The translations under genes were made by a program, and so were the position numbers. The notes below the pieces were generated by a model, which saw nothing but the letters and a program-made list of their open reading frames with translations, was not told the origin of the DNA and made no database searches. From positions 160,001 to 224,000 of IMG/VR virus record IMGVR_UViG_3300021400_001148: a stretch of DNA of 64,000 bases; one strand, given 5' to 3'. Positions 57,212-64,000 of the stretch are shown piece after piece. Origin of the DNA: a virus. Taxonomy: Duplodnaviria; Caudoviricetes. How positions within the stretch are numbered: the stretch's first letter is position 1; every line of letters begins with the position of its first letter.

Positions 57212-57371
57212 GAAAATCTCACGGCTTTATCTGTTGGAATAAACCCTGTGGAGAAACTTCGTCGGGACATCGACGAATTGGCGAGCGACGGTAAGCCCAA
57301 TGACCGCGTGGTCAGCGGCGGGTGCGTTTGAAGCCAAGAATCTCACGGATTCATCCGTGGGAGTATGCCAA
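57212..57371 (+). mobile_element. miniature non-autonomous IS200/IS605 (tnpB-type) remnant
   Basis: two related subterminal hairpins tctcacggctttatctgttgga and tctcacggattcatccgtggga-gtatgccaa; cctgtggag and GC-rich hairpins between. Confidence 0.6.
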
Positions 57372-57393
57372 AGTTGATAAATTGCAATGTTTT

Positions 57394-58383
57394 ATGATTA
57401 ATTATTTACCGGGAATGCTTGAGGTACCCATCATTGAGGGACAGTCTGAGGATTTTTGCAACCAAGATGACAGGTATTATCATTTCGGTTTGTGGACCGA
57501 CTTCTGTGATATATCCATTAACCAGATGAAGCAGTACAACACCTTTCCGAATGCACCTAAAGATGACGGATATCCATACGACCCGTCCGAAGGTACTGAC
57601 ATTATTGCTTATCATGTCAGTGGCACAAGCATTGTGTTCGAATCACCGGAAAAGGTTGAATCCACGCTCACATTCACTATAAACTACGATTATACGGACA
57701 AAAACGGTAATATCCAGCACGCTACTATCACAACTAAAATGCCTAAGTGGGGAACTGAGGCTGAGGCAACAATTGTGCTTCCGGATGGAATTACCAAATA
57801 CGACATTACCAAAGTTGAAGTTTCACCAGAGAGAGATGCTTGGTATTATTATGTCCTTAAAAGAAGAAAACCGGATGTTGATATTGACAAGGCATTTAGA
57901 TTTGGCCTTATCTCGCATCTTGCCAGTGATGTGGATATTATGTCTGATGAATATCTCGAAAAAATGGTGGAGGGTGATTTCTATACCGGTTCGACAATGA
58001 CAATGCAGATTTCCATTGGGAATACTAATAATGTTACAAATGATATCGACCGTGATGTGGAGTTCAAGACATATGAAGAACTTGTACCGGTGGATGGTTT
58101 AAACAACCTGCCAGATTCAGAAGCGGACGAGGCTATCATTAATAATGCTGTCGACATTATATTTGCCGTCGACACTGATATTGAAAAATGGTCGATTAAA
58201 GACGAGTTTGGTAATGACATTGAGACCCCCGAACACATGTTCGAGGAAATTGGGCAATATATTTATGACGGTGAGACATATCGTATGTTAAGATACCAGA
58301 ATCCGGAAGTCCTGTCGCTTGCATACGACCCCGCATATACTGGTATAACCAGAAGATTTTTAATAACATTCACAATACGATAA
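57394..58383 (+). CDS. putative structural protein
   Basis: beta-rich acidic ORF in late cluster; start MINYLPG. Confidence 0.6.
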   Translation: MINYLPGMLEVPIIEGQSEDFCNQDDRYYHFGLWTDFCDISINQMKQYNTFPNAPKDDGYPYDPSEGTDIIAYHVSGTSIVFESPEKVESTLTFTINYDYTDKNGNIQHATITTKMPKWGTEAEATIVLPDGITKYDITKVEVSPERDAWYYYVLKRRKPDVDIDKAFRFGLISHLASDVDIMSDEYLEKMVEGDFYTGSTMTMQISIGNTNNVTNDIDRDVEFKTYEELVPVDGLNNLPDSEADEAIINNAVDIIFAVDTDIEKWSIKDEFGNDIETPEHMFEEIGQYIYDGETYRMLRYQNPEVLSLAYDPAYTGITRRFLITFTIR

Positions 58384-58386
58384 TAG

Positions 58387-58650
58387 ATGTCAACTATTAG
58401 TACGCTTAATCAGATAAATTACAGTGGGAAAGGTAACCTTGACCCTAAAATAAATGCTGTAGACACCTTGGATGAACTTTATGAAGTAATTCCGAGGAAA
58501 GAACGCCGTATAGGGATGACCGTGACTGTACTCAACGCTGATGGTGACTTTGAACCGCATGATTATTGGTTAATAGGTGGCACATCCGATTCCAACTGGG
58601 CAAGAAAAGACACAAATAGTTATATTGGCGGAAATGACATTGAGGTTTAA
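58387..58650 (+). CDS. small structural/adaptor protein
   Basis: NLD...RRIGMTVTV...YWL..G....NW; ends IGGNDIEV. Confidence 0.6.
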   Translation: MSTISTLNQINYSGKGNLDPKINAVDTLDELYEVIPRKERRIGMTVTVLNADGDFEPHDYWLIGGTSDSNWARKDTNSYIGGNDIEV

Positions 58651-58702
58651 AACTCAACTGATATTTATAGGAAATAATAAACAAAAGAAATAAAGAAAAA
58701 TT

Positions 58703-59680
58703 ATGGCAAAAGTACTTTTTAAAGGTTTTATGCAGGTGACTGCTGATGTGTTCAACGGAAAAACCGAGGCTGAGAAAAAACAGTATCTCTGGCTTGTAAG
58801 ACCAAATGGTGCAACTGATGGAACTAAGGGTGACCTCTATTTCGGAACCCGTCACTACGGTCATGTTGATGAGGCTGAACTTGATGCTCTTAAACAGATT
58901 CTCACTTCCGTAGGCCTCAACCCCACGACTGGTGAATATGTTCCTTATGGTAGTGGCGTATATACATCTGGAGCCACAACTGTCCTTGATGCGACATCCA
59001 AACTTGATGACGCTGTCAAAGCAAATAAAGTTTATGAGGCTAATGGTATCACCGTTACCAACAATGCAACCGGTACAACTGTTGCTGTAAAGGTAAAAGA
59101 TGGTGATAGTGTTCTTGCTACTGATGCAAGCGGCCTTTCTGCTACCCTCCAGCTTGTTAAAATTGACCAACCCGCTGCTGAGTTTGCCTCACAGTACAAA
59201 CTCGTGGGCAAAGATGGTGTAACTGCACTTGGTACCACTATTGATATTGTTAAGGACCAGTTCCTTAAGAAAGTTGCTTATGTGGAAGAAATGACTGATG
59301 CAATAATTGCTGAATATCATCTTCCTGGTACTGTTGGGGATTACACAAAGAATCCATACCTCTGCTTCCTTTGGGAACTCGACACAGACCCCTCAACAGC
59401 TGGTGACCAGGTTGGTACTGCAATTCCTCTCGGTGAAATTTTCGAAGATTTCACACTTGTTTTCAAACTTAATGGTGAACAATTCATTAAGAATACCCAG
59501 ACTAATGAGTATGAACTTACCATTGATGCAACTGAGATTGACACAGTCGCTGCCATCACCCCTGACAATACAGTGGAACCAGGCACAGCAGTTACTGCCG
59601 GTGTAAGTATTGAAGATGCTCTCAAGGCTGTTTACAGCGGTTCACTTCTTTACATCGACGGTAATGATGTAGAAAACTAA
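58703..59680 (+). CDS. fibre-related structural protein
   Basis: YVPY..GVYTS.ATTVLDATSKLDDAVK shared with the 1964 aa fibre; ends IDGNDVEN. Confidence 0.7.
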   Translation: MAKVLFKGFMQVTADVFNGKTEAEKKQYLWLVRPNGATDGTKGDLYFGTRHYGHVDEAELDALKQILTSVGLNPTTGEYVPYGSGVYTSGATTVLDATSKLDDAVKANKVYEANGITVTNNATGTTVAVKVKDGDSVLATDASGLSATLQLVKIDQPAAEFASQYKLVGKDGVTALGTTIDIVKDQFLKKVAYVEEMTDAIIAEYHLPGTVGDYTKNPYLCFLWELDTDPSTAGDQVGTAIPLGEIFEDFTLVFKLNGEQFIKNTQTNEYELTIDATEIDTVAAITPDNTVEPGTAVTAGVSIEDALKAVYSGSLLYIDGNDVEN

Positions 59681-59705
59681 TAACATTTGATTTTTAGGGA
59701 GAGTT

Positions 59706-60125
59706 ATGGGAATTTTTGATGCTTTCAAGAAAAAAGACGCCGCCGCCGAACAGGCGACGGCAACTCCCCTTGTCTCCCCAGACGAATTGGATATTGAAGG
59801 GAATGATGTTGAGTCGACCGGGATTACTATGGACGAACTCGAAAACCTTGTTTCAAAAGTACTCAAGTCGAACAATACAAATATCAGACTCGGTGCCGGT
59901 TCAGATTCCGGTTCAACATCTAACAAAGTTTTATTCAAAGGAATCAAACAGTTATTAGCGGATGATTTCGAATCACTGAAAGAAGACGACCCCGATACCC
60001 TGAAGGGCTATCTCAATTTGGTCAGGGATAGTTCCACATCCGAAAGGGGAGTTATCTATTTTGGCACGAGACGGTATGGGCTCGAAGAAAGTGACTTTGC
60101 GGTCATTGATTGCGGGACATACTAG
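59706..60125 (+). CDS. fibre-related small protein
   Basis: internal IEGNDVES; KVLFKG...YFGTRRYG paralogous to the N-terminus of 58703..59680; ends IDCGTY. Confidence 0.65.
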   Translation: MGIFDAFKKKDAAAEQATATPLVSPDELDIEGNDVESTGITMDELENLVSKVLKSNNTNIRLGAGSDSGSTSNKVLFKGIKQLLADDFESLKEDDPDTLKGYLNLVRDSSTSERGVIYFGTRRYGLEESDFAVIDCGTY

Positions 60126-60298
60126 TACCATTTCAAAAAGAAAAGGAAACGCATCTGGGAACAGGTGTGTTTTTTTTTTAATTATTATCAGTTATTCAAA
60201 TTGAAATCTAATTGCGGGAATTTTCCTGTGGCTTTCTATTTGTTTACTGTGGGCAAAAGGGGTGGTCTCGACTATTTATATATAAACTGTGATTATAT

Positions 60299-61966
60299 AT
60301 GAAATACTTGACCAAATTCGGTACTCAAAACGAATATGTTTCTTTTGCAAACAGCGATGCATACGAAACACCCAATGTAAGCCTTGTGGGGGAGGGTACT
60401 GTAAAGTACAATGACTATAGTAAGATGCCACTTACAATTAAAGCATTGGAAAGTGGTGTTTTTGGGCTTGTTTCGGACTATTATGAAGGATTTCTCGAAG
60501 TTGACCTCTGGTATTCAAAGAACGGTGGCGAAAGAATAACCATTACTTCTGCTGACACCGTTAGTGTCAATGCAGGTGATATTTTGGAATTGTATGGAAA
60601 CAACACCCGTTTCTACAATGATGATGACAGTGAGTTGGGCACATACTTTTCTATAGGTTTTGAGTGCAATATATATGGCAATCTAATGTCCATCTTCAAC
60701 GGGGATGGCTTCAAGACCAATTCGGAATTTACGCCGGAATATAATAAACAATGTTATGGTCTATTTAGGGAAAGCAAAGTAGTTGATGCTTCTAAATTGA
60801 TATTACCCGCAACCACGCTTGCGGGCTCTTGCTATCAGTATATGTTCAATGGTTGCACCTCCCTGATATCAGCGCCGGCGGCACTTCCAGCAACCACGCT
60901 TGCACCGGATTGCTATTCCAGTATGTTCCAAGATTGTATCTCCCTGACCTCCGCACCGGCACTCCCTGCAACGACGCTTGTGAGTAATTGCTATGAGAAT
61001 ATGTTCGCTGGTTGCGCCTCCCTGGCCTCTGCACCGGAACTCCCAGCGACCACACTTGCGAATCATTGTTATTACGGTATGTTCGATGGTTGCACTTCCC
61101 TGACCTCCGCACCGGAACTTCCAGCAACCACGCTTTCAAGTAATTGTTATAACTATATGTTCAGTGGTTGCACATCCCTGGCATCAGCACCGGAACTTCC
61201 AGCAACCACGCTTGCGAATGGTTGCTATCAGAATATGTTCTTTGGTTGCACCTCCCTTGCCTCCGCACCTGAACTTCCCGCAACCACCCTTGCGGATTCT
61301 TGCTATCAGTATATGTTCCGTAATTGCACCTCCCTGACCTCCGCGCCAGAACTTTCAGCAACCACCCTTGCGAATTCTTGCTGTCTGCATATGTTCAATG
61401 GTTGCACCTCCCTGACCTCTGTGCCGGAACTTCCCGCAACCACACTTGCGACTCGTTGCTATTCCAATATGTTCCAAGGTTGCACCTCTCTGACCTCCGC
61501 ACCTGAACTCCCCGCAACCACCCTTGCAGATAATTGCTATCAGTATATGTTCAAAAATTGCACCTCGCTGACCTCCGCGCCGGAACTTCCCGCAACCACG
61601 CTTACAACTCAATGCTATTACAATATGTTCGTAGGTTGCGTCTCCCTGACCTCCGCACCGGAACTTCCAGCAACCACACTTGCGAATTATTGCTATCAAA
61701 ATATGTTCCAAGGTTGCACTTCTCTTATCTCTGCGCCGGAACTTCCGGCGACCACCCTTGCATCTCAATGCTATTACAGCATATTCAGTGGTTGCACATC
61801 CCTAAATCACATCAAGTGCCTTGCAACGAATATATCAGCAACAGGGGCATTAACAAATTGGGTTCGGAATGTTGCCGCATCAGGAACTTTTATAAAAAAA
61901 TCAGGCGTGTCTTGGCCCTCAGGTGTGAGTGGTATTCCTTCCGGTTGGACAGTTCAAGAAGTATAA
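60299..61966 (+). CDS. BspA-like leucine-rich repeat protein, candidate receptor-binding/decoration protein
   Basis: 13 x 26 aa repeats ELPATTLxxxCYxxMFxxCTSLTSAP; late promoter; C-terminal cap GIPSGWTV. Confidence 0.85.
   Translation: MKYLTKFGTQNEYVSFANSDAYETPNVSLVGEGTVKYNDYSKMPLTIKALESGVFGLVSDYYEGFLEVDLWYSKNGGERITITSADTVSVNAGDILELYGNNTRFYNDDDSELGTYFSIGFECNIYGNLMSIFNGDGFKTNSEFTPEYNKQCYGLFRESKVVDASKLILPATTLAGSCYQYMFNGCTSLISAPAALPATTLAPDCYSSMFQDCISLTSAPALPATTLVSNCYENMFAGCASLASAPELPATTLANHCYYGMFDGCTSLTSAPELPATTLSSNCYNYMFSGCTSLASAPELPATTLANGCYQNMFFGCTSLASAPELPATTLADSCYQYMFRNCTSLTSAPELSATTLANSCCLHMFNGCTSLTSVPELPATTLATRCYSNMFQGCTSLTSAPELPATTLADNCYQYMFKNCTSLTSAPELPATTLTTQCYYNMFVGCVSLTSAPELPATTLANYCYQNMFQGCTSLISAPELPATTLASQCYYSIFSGCTSLNHIKCLATNISATGALTNWVRNVAASGTFIKKSGVSWPSGVSGIPSGWTVQEV
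60803..61806 (+). repeat. 13 tandem 78 bp coding repeats
   Basis: ccgcaaccacgcttgcg...tgctat...atgttc...ggttgcacctccctgacctccgcaccggaact unit. Confidence 0.9.
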
Positions 61967-61970
61967 AATG

Positions 61971-62002
61971 AAACCCACAGAAGTTAACTCCTCTGTGGGT
62001 TT
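61971..62002. terminator. bidirectional terminator
   Basis: aaacccacag...ctgtgggttt hairpin between convergent genes. Confidence 0.75.
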
Positions 62003-62031
62003 AATTTATTGTCTCGAGTAAACAATACAAT

Positions 62032-63699
62032 CTAAGGTCTTGGAATACTTCCAGTTTGTCCATCCGGCGAAGTGAATTCAATTTCTTCGGGCTCAATATC
62101 AATGTCTCCGCCACCAATATTTGTACCATTCCCATAACCCTCAAATTTCCAAGTACCTCCGTTTTCATCTTTAACTTCACCCCAGAGGTTTACACTGCAA
62201 CCGTAAGGTGGGTCGACCCAGTCAGCAATCTCATGCTCCAGATTGGTTCGTTCGTACATTTCTTGGGCTTTCCTAAGCAGGGGATTTTGTATTGCCTCGT
62301 CGCGTTCTGCTTTGTTAAAAGCATCGGTGAAGTTTTTCAAATGCTGGGCAATCGGTTTTTTGTCTTTCGGATGAAGCGGGTTCCCGTACTGGTCCTTTTC
62401 AAGACTGTTTCTTTCACTTCCACCCCATCCATATTTTTGCCAGAACTTATTACTGGCACGACCAATCATATCAGAGGAAATTTCGTTGATTTGCTGGTTT
62501 CTTGGGGTTACCCGGCTTTGCATATCCATTGAAAATTCCTCTTTCAACACCTTTTTCACACTTTCGGTAATAATCTGTCTGAGAGTGCTCTCGTTTATCT
62601 TTACTACATTCTTCTTCATATAATTTCTTCTTTGTATCATTATTTCATTTATCGCATTCTTAATCATCTCTCGAACATCATTCTCATTCAGTTTAGTAAC
62701 CCATTTATATTCAGAAAACGGTTTTTTCTGTTTTTTGCCATCATAAAGCCATTCCTTGAATTTATCCACACTGACTTCTGTAATTTTCCTGAAGCCTTTC
62801 CAATCTTTTGAAAAGTTAGCGAAGTATGCATCTTTCGCTTCTTTTTCGTTACGAAATCCAAGCATCACCTTGCTCTCATCAAAACTACCATCGGTTTTGT
62901 TCTGGTCAACAACATATATCTTATCGAAGTCCAAATAGGTGCCGATAAAAACATCGACAGCATCCCCATCATACCCTTCGCTCCGTTTGAAGTACCCGTA
63001 ATGGTGTTTCATAACATTGAATCCCTTGGTACCATCCGGATTTTTATAATATCTCTTACTCCCTTTCGGGTTCTCTATCGTGATATCAAAGCCTTTTATC
63101 CGGACATGGCCCATACGGTAGTTACCGGCCTCTTTCTCGGAGTCAGTCGGATTCTTGTCAGCCTTGTTTGCCAAAGCGGTAATCTCTTTGTTAGTGATTT
63201 CGTTAACCATAGTGTGTTCTTTTGCTATTTCTTCAAATGCATCATATAAATCAGAATGGAAGATATGCGTTGCCTCCGGAAAAAAATATTCACCGAATTC
63301 CTCACACAAAGATTCCTCCTTATCATAGTTTGAGTGAATTATTTTATTAACAGTCTCGCTGTTTCCTTTCCGAAGCACATTTCTCATCCAGTCAATCAAT
63401 CCATGCCCAACCTCGTGCATAATACTTATTTTTGCCTGCGCCTCTATGTTGAACCGGTCATTTTCAATCCCCCGGGACCTCATTTCGGAATAAATCAACG
63501 GCAGATTAACTCCGATGACGATTTTTCCGTTAGAAATCTGCCCACTGCGCCTGTTGTACACCGCAAGCCATTTCTTACCCCGGAAGTTGTAGGACAGGTC
63601 CAGAACTATTTTCAAACCGGCCCGGGAAATTAGTTCTTCAGCATCATCCATTGCCTCTTTGGCAAATCCAAGAAATATATTTTTGAATTCTTCGGGCAT
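62032..63699 (-). CDS. polyvalent protein: HExxH zincin-like domain, inorganic pyrophosphatase-like domain, two leader motifs, unknown C-terminal domain
   Basis: MHEVGHGL; GNYRMGH...IENPKGS.R...HYGYF...DGDAVDVFIG...FDESKVMLGF; KLNENDVREMIKNAINE and KINESTLRQIITESVKKVLKEE. Confidence 0.75.
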   Translation of the reverse strand: MPEEFKNIFLGFAKEAMDDAEELISRAGLKIVLDLSYNFRGKKWLAVYNRRSGQISNGKIVIGVNLPLIYSEMRSRGIENDRFNIEAQAKISIMHEVGHGLIDWMRNVLRKGNSETVNKIIHSNYDKEESLCEEFGEYFFPEATHIFHSDLYDAFEEIAKEHTMVNEITNKEITALANKADKNPTDSEKEAGNYRMGHVRIKGFDITIENPKGSKRYYKNPDGTKGFNVMKHHYGYFKRSEGYDGDAVDVFIGTYLDFDKIYVVDQNKTDGSFDESKVMLGFRNEKEAKDAYFANFSKDWKGFRKITEVSVDKFKEWLYDGKKQKKPFSEYKWVTKLNENDVREMIKNAINEIMIQRRNYMKKNVVKINESTLRQIITESVKKVLKEEFSMDMQSRVTPRNQQINEISSDMIGRASNKFWQKYGWGGSERNSLEKDQYGNPLHPKDKKPIAQHLKNFTDAFNKAERDEAIQNPLLRKAQEMYERTNLEHEIADWVDPPYGCSVNLWGEVKDENGGTWKFEGYGNGTNIGGGDIDIEPEEIEFTSPDGQTGSIPRP

Positions 63700-63992
63700 T
63701 AGTAAGTGTTGACAGACAGTTGTCCGTAGGTATTTATTCTTTTATAGAACCAATCTTTAATGACTTGCTGGAGAAATTTTGTCCTTCTGACTTTATCCTC
63801 GTAGATGTTTTTGAAATATGCTTCGACATTATCAAAGACCTGTCTCGGAAGCAGCGGCATTTTTTCCATCGCTTCACCGGTCTCCGGATTCTTGAATAAT
63901 GCTATTGGCTGCACATGTGGCTGTCCACCTTTCATATCAGTGTAGTTTGCCCGGGTAAAAGTTTTGTCAAGATAGTTTTTTACAGCTATCAC
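63699..63992 (-). CDS. hypothetical protein (5' part outside window)
   Basis: frame open to window edge; stop overlaps next start. Confidence 0.5.
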   Translation of the reverse strand: MIAVKNYLDKTFTRANYTDMKGGQPHVQPIALFKNPETGEAMEKMPLLPRQVFDNVEAYFKNIYEDKVRRTKFLQQVIKDWFYKRINTYGQLSVNTY

Positions 63993-64000
63993 TTTGTCCG

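Noticed and set aside
57034-57393. ORFs 57034..57300, 57112..57294 and the GTG extension from 57322
   Set aside because: Better explained by the endonuclease remnant and the mini IS200/IS605 element.
60803-61806. CRISPR array or DGR target
   Set aside because: Repeats are in-frame 78 bp coding units without unique spacers; no cas or reverse transcriptase gene and no template/variable repeat pair seen in the window.
1-64000. Stop-codon reassignment (TAG to Gln, as in Lak phages)
   Set aside because: Genes are full length in code 11, and several end sensibly at TAG (17147, 50657, 54739, 60125, transposase).

Overview
This window is 64 kb of a large tailed-phage (jumbo/megaphage-type, myovirus-like) genome read in the standard genetic code. 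The host is almost certainly Bacteroidetes: ten copies of the TAnnTTTG-type promoter (GTATATTTG) precede the minus-strand early/middle genes, and the sigma factor, CCA enzyme and tmRNA look Bacteroidetes-like. Contents: (i) a host-takeover block (exonuclease, DUF4326, phosphoesterase, Stealth-GT2 fusion, YqeY, a tRNA-Thr-like gene with a ~47 nt anticodon-arm insertion, SLOG protein, CCA enzyme, sigma70, DnaJ); (ii) giant fibre/structural genes (15-33 kb, 57-62 kb) and a T4 gp19-like tail tube gene; (iii) a family B DNA polymerase broken at motif C into two genes by a split intein, with a free-standing endonuclease between the halves and a paralogue downstream; (iv) a ClpC - AAA - IF-1 - tmRNA run, where the tmRNA carries a 188 nt group I intron in its T-loop; (v) a dozen proteins sharing a 'K-I-x-L-x-E-x-Q-L-R-x-M-I-x-E-S-V-K-K-V-L-x-E' leader, mostly behind a TATTTAT(A) late-type promoter and fused to ART-like, kinase, NTase, peptidase, PPase, WYL or HAD domains; (vi) an IS1595 (ISNha5-like) transposon whose two passenger genes both carry that leader. 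The best candidate for an undescribed system is (v)+(vi): a portable virion-packaging tag for injected effectors, plus a transposon that moves tagged cargo. All protein assignments are by motif recognition only; no searches were run.
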